50,775 bases of DNA, taken from NCBI GenBank assembly GCA_003344405.1, contig NOWV01000218.1, forward strand, positions 62,001 to 112,775. Reading direction: 5' to 3'. The position numbers were made by a program, and so were the translations under genes. The stretch comes from Trichoplax sp. H2. Its lineage: Eukaryota. The notes beneath the pieces were generated by a model. That model had not been told where the DNA came from. It did not search any database and saw only the letters and a program-made list of their open reading frames with translations. Below, in pieces: positions 31,301 through 46,314 of this stretch. How positions within the stretch are numbered: the first letter of the stretch is position 1; each line of letters opens with the position of its first letter.

Positions 31301-34300
31301 GAGTAAAATAACGAGGAAAAAAATTATAATTTACAAAATAGAAACATTATAGTTCGTAAAATAGAAAACTGACAGACAATATTTAGAAGTACGTTATACG
31401 CACACAGTATTTAGTTTAACAATTCTACTCATAATAAAAGTAATAATATACCTTAGCGAAGCTATCGCGTTGATCAGCGACTTCTTTTAAGTGTTGAGTC
31501 AGTGTCTGAACTAAATTTTTTAATTCCCTATCACCAAAATAACGAACATGTCATGTTAGAATACTTTACTGCTTGGCTTTTAGTAAGCGTAATTATTTAT
31601 TTGTACTTTAGTCTACAATTTTAAAATTGACAAATTCAAAATTGTTAGCATATTTCGCTACTACGATAGCAGTAGTAATAAAAATTGTAAGGTCCTTATT
31701 TTATCTTATCTACTTACTCGTTTGATAAATTGCTGCTATCTTCAGTATTATATGGGACTGTTTTTTCAACGCTTTCAGTCATCTAATCATTATAGATAAT
31801 GTAGCGATGAATTGATAAGTCAATTTAAAATCATAAGCTTGCAAGGTACCTTCTGCTTATACTATAACGCAATCGATTAAACAGTGTACAAAGGCATAAA
31901 AGTTACTAACCTCTTGAATCAAAGGTACCAGCGCTTCCTGGACATCTACCGGTAACGTTTTTATCCTTTCTATCATTACTTCTTGTCGTTCAGACTAGAG
32001 AAAAGAAGAATCCATTGTCGATTTGCAAAATTAGTAAATTTTCCTAAATTAAAGTAATAGTACCATGCGATGACATTAATAATATCACTTATTACAATCA
32101 TTAATGATGTGAGGGAAATTATCGTGGATTTTATAGCACTGATAAATAATAATTCAGCAACGCACTATAGACCACATCAAAAATTCTGAGCTACCCCATA
32201 AACATTTTTATACGTTGTACCTGCACAGCACACCCAAGTATGAGCATCAGTACTTTCTGTAATTCAATTTGACTTACATCTAAATAAAGGATTTAGCAAG
32301 CACAAAGACAGATGTTTACCCTAATTAGTATTAGCTAAGGTGTCCAAATAAGATATAGCTGAAGGTATAAATTGTTGGCATAAAAGCCGAGTGATGTTCT
32401 CCTTAATTAAACACATGCTATTGTAATCATCATAACTTATAATCATAACACAGAGTGTGTGATCTTACCGCTCTCAGGTTCGTAGCTAGCAGCGACAAAA
32501 TTAGGTGGTTTCATTACGACTAACTGATGGAGAGCATCCTACACGAGCAGTAATTGAATGGAGGCACGTAAAGCATTTAGTATCATAGACGTAAGTGATC
32601 AAACTTAATATTAGAAAATTGGAGTATATAATATTTAAGTTTTCTATGGTCTTTTCGCTGAAATTTTTTATAAGTATAATTGCTATCTCTATCAACATAA
32701 TAAGCTAGTGATCAGGAGTAAAGCATAAAGTATAGATTGTATATGGCACACAGAGTCTTGATCATTTTAAGAATTAACATAGCGACTTTGCTGTATAACA
32801 ATGTTTACATATCAAACTTAGAGGTCAGTAAATGACTATAGCTTACAAGGTTCTCAAGATTTAGCGTAAATGTGAGTCCTCTAATTAGTCTTACGTAATA
32901 CTAATTATTATACATGCTTTAGGATATAAAGCTATAAAGTGATACCAGTAAATAAGCCACTAATCGATTGCTTAAATTAGTTATAATTCATTTACAAGTT
33001 CACGGAGAGATACTCGCATTACTTACTGCTATAGCAAGAAAGAAAATTAAAAAAACATTCTAAATAGAATGTAAGTAACTTTCACATATTATCAGGATTT
33101 TTATGCAAAATTGTAATTTACGATGGCGAAACAGCGTGATTTTATTTACATTGATAGAAGGATGAAGATATAGTATCATGGTAATCTATAGTAGTTTTAT
33201 CTCTTGTATCTCTATATTATAGTTGTTATGTATCGACCAGCCATGAAAAAAAATTTCATATCGCAATGGCAAATACACTGGATAGTACTGTAGATCTGCA
33301 AAATCATAGACACGTTGTATGAATTACATCTATCATCAGTGAGAAAATCTTGGACTAAAGTTGATAGTGAAACCGATCAGCAATAGTTGGCATACTGTGT
33401 ATATGATAGTGCAGTGATTATGTACACATTGATTATCACGGCACGATTTCATAGGTTATATTGTGGCACTATGGTAGTCAATCGAGAAGCGTTTAGTTGA
33501 CATATTTCTATTTGGTCAATACAGTACTACCGTTTCAATTGTAGGAACGATACGTATTTTAATCATAGCTTAGGTATCGTTAAAAATGAGACAAAAGATA
33601 ATTAATTAGCAAGACGTGAGTAATGAAAGACGATTTATCATTGTTATTTTATTAAGATTTAATGGATACGCAAATAATAGGACTAACTGATTATTCATGT
33701 ATTAGCTTTCGATACCCAAGAAGAACTTAAGATCAAACAAGATAGGAAATCTGCAGTACAACATTTACTACTTGCTGTACTATAGGTCATTTTACAACTT
33801 GATGACTCGCCGATTATACTAAATTTTTTCTTAAAAACGACACTCGATAGGATATATGCTTTCATATCTAAATCGATGTAGATTAGTTGAAATCTTATCT
33901 ACATATCTTATTAATTTGGAATAAAGCAAATAGACTGGATTTTAGGATGGTCTAATGTACCGTAACGCAAGTATGTTCCTTGTTAGTGAAAGAAAATAAA
34001 ATGAAATTTAATCTAAATTTTGTATTATTGATTAAAAATACAAAATTAAAATGAAGCAATAGCGAATGACATTTTGGAGTAGACAGCGTAGTACAATCTT
34101 GTTTAGAAGGAATGGACATGGACAAGCCTTGTCGAAAAGTGGATCAAAATTGTTTAAGTTATCGTGAAGATACTACGACCGTGATAATGATGTGTTTATT
34201 TACTCCGTTATACTCGTACTCTACAGTCCGAACATATTTCTTTCTTTTACAGTACCAATCTCCAACACAAGTACAGTATACACTCTCTTATATCGTAATT

Positions 34301-36018
34301 ATCACACAGCAAGAACTAGAACAATGCGTGGTTACAGCAGTCTAATTTTAGGTTAATTAATAATGTTATGACTATTTGATTACTTATTATTGACGAACGT
34401 TTTTAAGGCTTTAAATCATTCACCGATTAATTATTTACAGTTAAGATGATTATGAGAGTACTTATAGAGCAACCAATAGGGTTGGAAAGATACAACATAA
34501 TCATTTCATTTAGGTTCCATACCTGATAATAATTTTTAAGATTTTCGACCAGCAGTTCCAAATTTTGTTGTCTCTGTATACTATTATTAACTAAGCGGTT
34601 GACTCTGGCCATACCAAAATTTTTCGGATCGCTAAGGGTATAAAAATAAAAAAACAAAAGCAATTTAAAAAAATTGGGGTTTTGGTTTCGTACAGTATTT
34701 TACATTTTTATTTTATCGATCGGTATGGTATATCATGCTCTTATATATTTTATTATCGTAGGCTAACAAAATAAATTTAGATATAATTACAGTCATGAAA
34801 TCGTGATTAGTACAAGAACCAAAGAGTTAACCGCATTAATGCTTGGTAGATGCAATCAAGTTACAATTAGCATATTTCTACTACCAATAAGAATCACGAT
34901 CGAGTTCTTGAGTCATGGGTTCTTAATCGACGCAGAATACTATTCGTCATTATTCCAGTAAAAAGCTATAATTCTAACAGTTTCACTATTGACCTGTATT
35001 GTACAGTTGTAGAGCATCTGTGAAACGATCATGATGAAGCAGGAGCATATTTATATAGCTTAAAATTAATGATAATCCTTGTTACAGCAAGTGCTGCGGT
35101 ATGATTTTTCACATCATTCTATTAAACCTCTTAGGAAATGTGCAACAACGTCTAACTTGATGGCAAATGCTGTACCATATAATAAATTTGAGATAGTTAA
35201 AAGTAAAAGGAAATGACGATCATGGGCACTCCATCCTTTTCAATATGTTTACAAAGGAAATAAGACTTAAATTATACTCTTCACTACTATTTGAACAATA
35301 CAGTCTATTACTATAAATAAAGTAACGTAATGGTTGATTTAACCGATCATTAGAAATTGGTTGTGTATAATAAGTTGTTGGGAATGGAAGAGTATTAGCA
35401 CAGTAAAGTATTTAAACGTGTAGAGTACTGTCGATTTACAAAACTTACATGTCGACCATCATTTGATTGAGAATCACCCCATTTGCAAAATCGGTAATAG
35501 ATTCCACTTGTGAAGCAGCAGCAAATGTCTTCGCCTACGGTCAAGATAGAGAAGATTTTAGTGAAGCATTACTCTTTTTGAATGTATGTCATAGAGTATC
35601 GTGCTTAATGCTTATCTTTATGAATGACCGTTAACAATATAATTATATTAGTGTAATAAACAATATCCGTGTGCTGTACATGTGTACGTCTCACTTTAAT
35701 GATTAGTAATGAATAACTGAGCATTTTTAAGAATGTATCTATGCAAACAATGTTAATTGCACTACACTCAAGAAAAGATTTACAATCGTCTAACTTGTTT
35801 TACTCTATATTAAATTGAAATATCGCGTACCGTGTCATCTTAATATTACAGCAAGACTACATATAACCAAAACTTCAATGATAAATAGTACACGTGTAAA
35901 CGTCAATTCACTTTAATACGATAAAGGACAATATTAATAACAAAATCATTTAGGAATGATCACATTTTCTTACCCAAATTACTAAGGGCGATTGAAAGAA
36001 GGCTTGTGTTGGCGTCAT
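19370..36018 (-). CDS. CCDC88: Girdin/Daple (CCDC88) family Hook-domain coiled-coil protein; 30 coding exons, about 2917 aa
   Basis: Exons (5'->3'): 36018-35974, 35534-35449, 34631-34523, 32538-32469, 32279-32221, 31994-31911, 31782-31718, 31527-31452, 31296-31249, 31140-31010, 30910-30829, 30752-30681, 30518-30432, 30325-30238, 30100-30045, 29536-29460, 29328-29267, 29171-29132, 28567-24166, 24063-23939, 23849-23760, 23659-23620, 23435-23347, 23137-23071, 22950-22351, 22242-22097, 21615-21541, 21447-20445, 20304-19726, 19570-19370. All are GT-AG and phase-consistent (8754 nt). Family motifs: N-terminal FFQSPLVIWAKTF, Hook-domain LMLILGCAVQ, EAKSARAYRDENDVLRE, ELREQNTLLIESKTFLEEEL, LDITAAKVAQRCE, KLNRHKEDLEQK. 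There is an in-frame stop upstream of ATG 36018. Confidence 0.9.
24502..24966 (-). repeat. Coding tandem repeat, 5 x 93 nt (31 aa), in the CCDC88 giant exon
   Basis: KNIDLEKKNAELRRQLLELQNQVTDLNKTNE / DHTDLEKKNAELHRQLLELQNQLDDLNKANG / ENIDLGKKNAELRRQLLEIQNQLDDLNKTDE / KNIDLEKKNTELHQQLLELQNQLDDLSKTSK / DNINLEKKNAEFSQQLLALQNQVGDLNKIIK. DNA identity between copies is also high. Confidence 0.97.
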
Positions 36019-36464
36019 TTTCCAGAATAATTAAAGGGTGAAATTAAATCCAAAACAATTGGCAAAATGGGTAACCAATTTCTTAAAATTGATGGGTAAT
36101 TAAAGTTGGAAAAGGTTTAAAAGTCATGATAAGGTAGTAAAAATTCCAATAGGAAAGTTTGCTTAGTTAATTCATCTCCGAGAAAGATGGAGAATGGTAA
36201 CAATCAACGTTGGTATATTCAGCTTTTCCTTGAGTTCGAGTCTCCAACTGGTGTACAATTTGCACAGTTAGGGTCCAATCTACGTATTAGCGATAAGATA
36301 GTTATAATGATCAGATTACTGTTGATATCAAAGTTACCGATAAAACGAGAGATTTATCCATTACAGTAGGGTGAGAAAAAAAAAAAGAAGGAGTTCCCCA
36401 CACTATAATTATTTATCGTTGCTTTTATCGGTTCTGCATGGCGATGTCAATAGCAAGATGATAT

Positions 36465-36534
36465 TTTTAGACTGACATTGCGTTGACTATACTATAAGCG
36501 TAACTCTAATGTCACAATGTGCGTCAGTCTAAAA
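36465..36534. repeat. 12-bp inverted repeat forming a potential 70-nt hairpin
   Basis: ttttagactgac (36465-36476) and gtcagtctaaaa (36523-36534). Inner acattg/caatgt can also pair. Confidence 0.75.
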
Positions 36535-39500
36535 TCGACCGGAAATTTTATTATTGGTATCGTCGACTAGGGAAAAGATTTTCGTTTTTACCCTTAGTAT
36601 TGAATATTAACAACTAGTTTGTAGTTCAAGAAAGAGAAAATAAAATATCTTTTAACTACAGTAACTTGTACAATTTGACAATCGGTTATGTCAAGTTTAC
36701 ACTGGAAGATCAAAGCTCAGTGTAAAAATACACAGCAGTGACAAAATTTCACAGACGATTTCGCTGACGACGGCAATCCCCAGTAATGGACTTCATCAAG
36801 TCATTTCAATGAAAGGATAAACATCAATAAAATTAATGGAAAAATTGGACTTACAATAATTGAATAATTTCCAACTTGAAAGAATATGGACTTATAAATT
36901 GGTAATAATGTCCAATTTAAATTGGGCTAATGTTGAAAGTATTTTTGTACAGTGAAAACATGAAAATTGCTGTGCTTTTCTCTTCTACTCCACTCTATAT
37001 ACAGTACAGTAATACTGTATTACCGGTTCCTAAAAATAGTCAGTGTGTTGTCTACTTGGTTGGAAGGCTGTTCATTACAGTATTAGGGATGAAGTTGATG
37101 ATTGTGACAAGAGTAGAATCACCGATACATGGATTGAGGATAGTGTTGTTTGTATAGCGGATGATGAAGCTCAAAGTTGAGAGGTGAATTTTCTTCTCAG
37201 TCATCAGCCTACTCTACTACTGACTTCATGGCATTACGTGGTACTGTACGAGTTGAATCGGTTGTCATTCGCTGTACATAGCGTCACTTTATTGTGCGAT
37301 CGATGCTCTTGCTATTGTCAAGAAGAGTTTGAACAATGTGGGTTGGTTGACATCTCCCTTTTGATTGACGTGGTGATGAATAAAAGGTAACTCCACCATT
37401 GTCTAGTCAATCGAGCTTTTTCCCTTTTTAAACTACTATTGATTGATTGATATAAATAAATAAAAGGCACCATTAGTACTGGCATAGTTTATTCTATGGA
37501 CTTGGATAGTCTACACTCGACAGTATAGCATCGATTGCGATGAATCAATCATATCGTTTCAATTGAGTCTGTTATGCTGTCAAAGTGCGTGAACTAAAAT
37601 AGCTTGAATAACAGCATTTTACACATTGATTCTACAGTTACTGTACAATCAAAGCAATGTTGTGCTTAAACGATGCCTGCCTGACAGCATCAACATTTCG
37701 TACGGTAGTACGCGTAACTGGGTAAGGTAACGGGGTGAACCCTTCAAAGGTACGTTGTGTAGTAGCGATGATGCTACGCTTGGCACGTTGATAGTCTAGT
37801 GTTGACGTTTATGTAGGATGACACTAGTCGATCGTACTACCATGATGACTCATCTGGTGGTGGATGCCAAGGAAATGATAAATAAGGATTTGAAAAATGC
37901 TCTGTGATGGCGATTACGTCTAATAACTGTGTTTTGGAACTTCGATTTAGACTGCCAGCCATCATGGACTTTGAGAAGGATAGTTATCCTCGTAGATGTT
38001 GGAAGTGGCTAAGATTTTCATACTTTAAAATCATGCAAATACGATAATGTGTAATAACATTGGTAACGATCACAAGTTCTACGCCAATGGCAGTCATCTT
38101 TAAGCTGTAGTTTGCAGTAAGAATGGAATGAATGCAATAGGATATCACATTAGAATAGTAATAGGGATCAACTTCAACGATTGCTGAAATCTCCGATGAG
38201 TAGTGCACTGAAGTTTGTATGCATAGGTAATCTTGAACAACATCACAAATTAGAAGTAGGGCGCACTCTTTCCTTCGTTCCCGCTGAGCCAAGCCTATGC
38301 GAGTTGTATAAGTACAATGTGGAAATATGAACTAGTGTATTTTATACTTCATGTTAACATGATAATTCGTGTTACTGTAAATGCCTGCATGGTCTGGAAT
38401 AAATATTTTCTTATGACCTATATTAACGCCAACGAAATAGTAGAATCAAGCTCAATGTGTTACCCTTTGATTTCGAAATGACTAACGCGTCCAAGAGCAT
38501 GAGTATGCGGGTATACCACTCGTACTATAAAATTTGTTATTGCTGATACGAATTGGCCGGATTATTCAAGAAATAAAGAAATTCGAAAGTCTCAATCTAG
38601 CATATATTTTACGGATAATGTATCTATTTTCACAGCTATGTAGCTTAATATTGAACATTTTAGGCTGTCATTGAATGCGTCTGCAGGTCATATGGGTCAT
38701 CAATCGTACTAGATCATGATCAAACATAGGGGTTAGCGCAAGTAAACTAATTTCCGATCGAAATGGAGTAAATAATATTTAGATGATTACGGTTTAATTT
38801 TCAAAGTCTCTTCTCCATACTTTGAACGGAATGATGGGCATAAAATGCGATGCAAGAACAGTTGGACAAAATTTTGCGTTTATATTCTACCCATGGTATG
38901 CGCTAATTATATTCGAATACTTTTTATGGCTAGTAACTTCCCTTTTAAATGAACAGCCAGAAAAGCATCCTATCTGCAATTGCTTAATGCTAGTAGACAC
39001 TTGTCACCTTACTTGTATTATAGATGGATGCGTGCAGTAGCGCTATTAAGAGTCACAGAAAGATTTTAGAACAATTAGATAATCCTGGCAATAGCACTCA
39101 TGATGTAAAAGTTGCCTACCCATCAAGCTTGATGGATAAAATTTCGATCAAACTATATCATATCCTCATGTAACAATTAAAGTACTAGACTACTGGCTCT
39201 ATGTATACTGTTTACATATTATAATGATCGAAGGTTCATTGTACAATTGCGCTTATTTAGCGAAAGAATAAATGTTGTATGTAGTGTAACTCTATTCAGT
39301 TGAACGCTAGTAAATTCATACTCAGAAGCAGTATCGATAAAGTCAATTTGGAAGGAAAATATTCCCCTTTCAGTTCTATCTCTACAAGTCTACTCTATTG
39401 CAGTACTACCGTGTTGCTAAGGTTTACTAGAATGACACCAGCACAACCGTTATAGGAACGAAATTGCCGCATATTAATGCTTTCCTCTTCAGGTCGTACA

Positions 39501-42500
39501 TGAGAAAATCTTTAAACAGTTTTGATAGCTTTCGGTAATTCAACAACAACACAAAACGTGATGAAAAATCATTACATTTAAGATAGCCGTGTTGTAAAGC
39601 TGCGGCATCACAGGAATAGCTTGTAGGCGGATTAGGATTCAATTTACTAGCTTCCTATTTCCGTGATTTACTGCGTATTAATTACGGGAAATAAAACAAT
39701 AATGTAGTTACATCAATATAGATGTAATTAGCTCCTACAAAATAATCTATTTACTTTGTCAAATATTGTGTACATTGCTGGCGACAGTCGTATTGAAATT
39801 AGGCTTGATTAAATTGTTTGTGTATGTATTCTTCTCATGACATTTAAACCGCCCTTTAGCAAATTAGAATAGATAAGTAGGCGTATGTATTTTGATAATT
39901 GGCATACAGTATTACTAAACACCTAGTATGTATAGTATATATCGCCATAGTGTGCATGGTGACACGAAAGGCAACGTAACAAAATAGCTATCACTGCGAT
40001 CATTTCTTTTTGATGATTGTTATTTTGTGAGCAGTTAATCTTCTAAATTTCAGTCAGTGTTATATAGATTTACCGGCTTTACGGTTAATATATTCAACAT
40101 TATACAGTATACCGGTATTTAATCTTTTAATCGATCGAAGGTGCACTGTATATGTCCAAATAAGCGATAAAATAATTCCCTGTTAGTATCGCGTACTATA
40201 TCATAAGGCTGCCACATTCCGGTATTCCACAGTTATTCACTCTAACTTAATAGTCGGGACCTAAAGCACAGTATACTGCGCACTTACTTTCGATATTCTC
40301 TTATGGATTCCCTAAATAATATTTAGGTGCTCCAAGATTAGAAGATAGTATTAAATATAAAAATGTAAAGATATAGGAAATGATTGGACTAGTGTAGCAA
40401 TAAGATAAAATAACAAGCAAAAAGTACCGTAATCTACATACTCGTATCTGTCACTAATGGAATGATCAGATTCATGAACAATGCAACGTTTTAAGTCATC
40501 ATCATCATGCCTTCTATGCTTTAATTAAATAAACATTGATACAGTATACTGCAATTATAGTAGTACATTCCGGAGGAAAATCTAAAGATAGTAAGAAATA
40601 TTTTATAACATTAAACACAGCAGTTTCTGTATTCTTAGCTACCTTTATGGGATGTCAATCAGATCTGCGTTTGTATAACGTACACCATGTTTCCATTATG
40701 GTATGATTGCAATGATTGCATATTAATTACATAACACTTAGAAGGAAAATGTCAGACAAACGCTAATTGCTAGACGATTGGCTAAGTGAGAGACTATAAT
40801 ATGCATGTTAGTCAAAAGGTAAATCAATTATGCAAATGATTCGGAAACATATTAATGGATTACTTTATGAGCGCATTAATACGACTGCTCTATTTTTCTT
40901 GCTTACGGCCGTATTAACTAGTACCAATAGCCCATTCTGTATCATTTGATATAGGATCACATTATCGGCCTAGATTGATGTTTGTTGCATGGTTATATGC
41001 AGTAACATTGCTACAGTAGTGGTACAGCAGTATGTATTGTATAATATATACTACAGTTTGTCCGTTAATTATATAGTATCATACTATTATTGAATAGTAT
41101 ATATTGGTATTTTGCAAAATTATGATCTAATTCAGATTAATTATAAACTTACTATAAAAGAAATAATGAGAAATGCATGTATAGCGAAATATGATGAAAT
41201 ATTGCAATGCCAAATTTAAGCCTAATAATTAGTATTTAAAATTTTTATTGTATAAATGATTATTATATTAACGATTGATTATTATTTAAGTACATGTACC
41301 TGTATGACTGCGCTAATTAAGATCCTAAGTCACGAACTGCAGGAATGATAATTCTGGCGCAGTAAGTCCAATACATAAAAATTTTTACCTGTGCTAGTAA
41401 TATTCCTTTAGGATTCACCCAAGACGGGAATTCATAAAAATTATTGCTATGATGCTAAAATTTTGTTCTATATTTCTTCGATGAATATAAATTTTGACCA
41501 TTATCTGTTTAGTTGCTCGAAGTTCTGATCATAATAAAAATTATTACTTGTAACGTAGTTACTGAAGCAAACGCTTATATACGATTTACGCATATTAATA
41601 TACTGTTTTGCTATACGTTATGAATATACGTATTGCTAAAATGATTTCTTTTAATTGGTTGGCAAATGAATGAGATCCATGTGATGTATAAGTATCGGCG
41701 TTCTAATCGGATCGCAGGTGTTTGACATTGATGACATTGGTTAATAAAAGTGGGTGATGCACTTTAAAAGTGTACATCATATCACTAATTAAGGAAACAT
41801 ACGAGTACTAGCGGTTTATGAAACAATCATTGTTTAATTCAGAGATGGATATAGTATAAACCTAGATTGCTTATATAGTCAATATGTAGAAAGACGGTTT
41901 TGCGATCGCTTAAAACTGTAATCACCATTGTACTCGTAATCATCTGCAAACATGCATAAGCAACGACGTTGCAAAGGCGATACGCATAATTCAATTTAGC
42001 ATATCTGGCAATTTGTGCATGTTTAGGTGCATCATCTATAATACTTCATAGTCCATTTCTAATATACGAGTAATTTAAGCATTAATTGGCAGGTTCTCGT
42101 AGTCATAGACTAAAAGGATATTATTGTCTTCGATTAAATAGAATATAGTGTAGAAGCACTAATTATTCTTTCTTCGTAGTAGTCTTTCTGTACATGCAAC
42201 ATTCATAAAGTATATAAATTTATACTTAGTAACCTAGCATTTAAAAGTAGACTTCTAAATTATAGCTATACTTTGGCAATCTCGCATATCTTTTTTTGCA
42301 ATTAAATAAAAAATCTCATAAAAGTAAACAAAAGCATTATCTTCAAGTTTAAAAAGATTTACTATTTTCGTAGTAAATAACGAATTATTTGCTACATCAT
42401 TCTGAATTAACTAATAACTGCAACTATTTTTATCGGCTATAATACTGCATCACAACTATCACACAAGTCATTAGAAACGTATAGTATACGTATAATACAC

Positions 42501-43049
42501 CATCTTTTACATTATATTAGAGCGAACTATTGATATGTTAAGAAGCATTGCAGGGTTCGTATAGGGCAATGCTAGTTATTTAGTAATCACTTATTTGCGT
42601 AAACGTGATAAATCAGATAGTAAATAATGGATATTATTAATAAGCTATTTATATAAATCTAAATTCACGACGATAACATTTATCATATAACTAACGAATG
42701 ATTTTTAAGCAATCGCTTGTTATGATATGACTTACGAATATATACATTAATACTAGAAACAGATTATTTTATAGCTATGGTACTTGCAGAAATATTTGTT
42801 GTATGAGCATAACATCTTTCAGCTCTAAATTCATGCTCGTACCGGGAATTATAATTTTAGTACATTAACAATATCATAAAAGTTTATCGTAGGCGCTATT
42901 ATGTTAAGTAAGATTTATAAAACATCGATTGATGAAACAAACACTTCATTATCTATTCTCTGATCACAAGTTCATATTTTGCAAGTGTAGAAAGATGAAA
43001 ACTTCATGTATGGGACGTGAAGGAGCTCCATAATTTCTCGAATCAAGAA

Positions 43050-46000
43050 TTATTTTTTGGGTTTGAAAAATTTTAGATAAATGACAAGTCCTAGGATACC
43101 CACTTCCAATATGATAATGAATCCCAGCAACAATTTGTTTGTAACGACCCTGTAGTGTATTGTAAAAATCTATTTTAAGAATAAAAGAATGATATTACTA
43201 TTAAAATCTAATGGTAAAATGCGCTTACCTTCTACCAATGGTTGATATTAGTCTTCGACTTTTGCCGAGTTCCTGATTTGTGCCGGTCAACTGATATAAA
43301 ATTATGAAAGTTCTTAGTGTAAATGTCTAAATCATGAAAGCCATTTTCAAAGCTGAAGTCACGGTTATTAAAATACAGCTGCAATACTTACGGTATCTCT
43401 AGTTCGAACAAGTGATTCCCGCTGGTCTCCCAGGTCTGTTAATATATTTATACCGACTTCGTCTTTATTTTTACCAGTAAGTAGGTTCATAATTTTTGGA
43501 TTTAAACAAGAAATTGAAAAATTAGAAAGTTAGCAGCTAAGATCGGTGAAAAATAAATTATAAAAAATTATGGTAAAGATTTTTAAATCCTATTATTGAA
43601 CCTATTTAAAGATTTGAGGCATACATATTACGAATTTGTATTTATCAATAACCTGTTTCCGCGGCAACACGTTGTGATCTAGCAACGCTTTCACTAGCTC
43701 GATTAAGCGTCTCATTTCCTTGAATTAACTTGGCTCTGTAGTCAAGTTCAGCTCTCTGTAAATTTTGAAGAGAATGGGATAAAGATTACAAATACACCTA
43801 TCTGTGGAGCGTTAAAATTGCCTATTTTTATACCATACATCCGCCGAAATAAGCTGGTAAGAAATAAAACTACACGCAGTAATCAATCTTGCACAATGTA
43901 AAATAATACGAATAATTTCTAGCAGCTACTTATCAAAATTAATTATGTAAAGATCTTGTTTCTTAAATTTATATCCTACACTTACTTCGATAGCAGTGTC
44001 ACCACTGTTACCAAATAATTGTTCGCGTCCGGCAGCCATGGAACTGTTACTAGTCGTAACGTCGTTCTAAACGTTGAAAATATAGTTAAATATGATTAAT
44101 CTCATAACTTTATTCACAGCTTAAAATAGATAGGTTTGAGATTTATAGATAGAGCTTAATTGAATCTTATAGAATACGAAATCTTCGGTAGCTATACCTA
44201 CTGAATCATAAAGAGCACAATAACAGAGAGAGTTACATGATAAGCTAATATTTTTGCCTACCAACTTATATTTGTATTGCTCGTATTCACGACGTAGAGA
44301 TCTTGCTTTGGATGACATTTGATTGCGATAGCTTGCCGGAGCTTGTTGTAGCTCAGCATCCAAATCATTTAACTAATAAATATGGCTTGTATTAATTACA
44401 ACAGTTTAAGAGCATTTACATACGATCCAGAAGCGAGTATTATTTTAGTATTTAGCTTATCAAGACTACAATGTTACGTACAGTATTTAACTAAATTATG
44501 AAACATATTAAATTGATGATCATTATAGGTATTGGAAATTAGAAAATATTAGTGTCACACCAGTTACAACAAATGATAATTATGCTATTGACCCGCGGTA
44601 AATAGTAAACGCCTGTAAAACTTGTAATTCAAAATGTAACTATGATATTGTGTCTATGATATACATATTAATATGGAAAATTTACTCTTGCATACTGGTG
44701 TTATAATGAATTCACGTTGGTAAACATACCAAATATTTGACTTCATCTAGCTTTTTCTGAGTCTTTCTAATAGTATTTTTTCTCTGTTCTGTAAATGGAA
44801 GTAAATGTCAAATGTTTAGCAATGGTTTTTCATTTAGTCATCATGGAAATAGCATTTACCATGGATTAAAACAATATCAGAATAACACTTAATAGTATTC
44901 TACTCGTACTATAAGTCTTATTGGGTATACGTTGCAAAAACCAAGAAGTACACTATACAATAAATAGAAGCACAACATTATACATAAAGAGCATTTACTA
45001 CATGCAGTAAAAATATTGAAAGACTGGAGCTAGCAGAATTGCTTATAAACTTATACGTGATAATGGTGATGACACAAATTTTCAGAGAGAGTGCCTGTGA
45101 TCATTAGTACACAATGACAGAGCATGTATACTCGATTAATCCACATACGTAAAGACTCGTTAATAGCGTTACTATTTTATCATTTGTAAGCAAACGAGTC
45201 TACGATAATCATATCACATTATGTCATGAATACCTAGCGAATAAAGATTATCGAAACGTAGTACTGTAATCATTCTTCAATGGTGGACATGGGTGCGATC
45301 ATCGATACAACAGTTCCTATTTACTCTATTTACTTCACTCCTTTCAAGTAGTTGCAGTCACGAGATGCAAGTCAACTACTTTTTTCCGACTATAAGATTA
45401 GATAATTGAAATGTACTTTCTATCGCACATGACTTTATACTGTAGAAATAGAAATAATCAAGCATTGCATGTGGCATGAAGAAGACTATTGCTAATGGAA
45501 GTTTCGAAGCAGGACTAATATCCTATAGTACTGTAGAGTACGGGTCCAATTTTAAACTCAAGTGTAGTTCTTGATATAGTACGTAACTGGTATTTGACAC
45601 GTTCACCTCGTCTCCTATTTGTAACGTAAAAGGAGTCTTTTAAGAACTTAGAGAGAGAGTCATCGTATTAAACTAAATATAATTCAGTGTCATGATCATT
45701 GGAAAAGCAGATTTAAGTGGTCATGTCCAGATGAAAGTCTTTCAACAGCATTTAATTGACCAACCGACGACTAGTCTTCGCCTATATTTGTATACCGTCG
45801 ATTAGACACGATTGGCTGTACCATTATACGCATATACTGTAGTGTAGAGTCAACGATCAGTCAGTACCGTAGCATCGTTATTCTGAAATGCATCAATAAG
45901 GGATGATTGAAAGGCAAACCAGAAATTTGTACAGTGATCCATTTGCAAATAAGTAATACATAGGCATTTATTATATTATTGATAAGTAAAGGAATAAGGT

Positions 46001-46259
46001 TGTCTTTTTCAATTAAGTTGAGTGGCTACTACTACGCCTGACTACCCGTCGAAGTTCCTGTCGCCATCGATTACTATTCTATCCTACCTTTAGACGAAAG
46101 TAGGCTAAAATAGCGTGTTTTAGATCAATATTGAAAGTATGGATCCTAGTTGACTGTACCTCCAGCTTCTTTCGGTATGGTAATATTGATGGTTTTATCC
46201 ACTTCCTTAAAGAGGAACGCTAAATCCTCGCAACAATTTTCGAATCTTTCCGATGACAT
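43050..46259 (-). CDS. VTI1B: Vesicle transport through interaction with t-SNAREs 1B (Qb-SNARE); 8 exons, 228 aa
   Basis: Exons: 46259-46160, 44788-44730, 44372-44262, 44066-43986, 43755-43653, 43462-43392, 43290-43229, 43149-43050 (687 nt). Habc region MSSERFE…AELQQAPASYRNQMSSK, SNARE motif LIQGNETLNRASESVARSQRVAAETDEVG…DLGDQRESL (zero-layer Q), C-terminal TM TNKLLLGFIIILEVGILGLVIYLKFF. These match Vti1b better than Vti1a as I recall them. Confidence 0.92.
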
Positions 46260-46314
46260 GATGGCTGCCTACGGGGAAATGCTCGACTGTCTAGTTCTAC
46301 AGTGAGGTGGTCGA

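Noticed and set aside
37700..37920. Possible C/D snoRNA (ATGATGA motif)
   Set aside because: No suitably placed D box, terminal stem or recognisable guide sequence.
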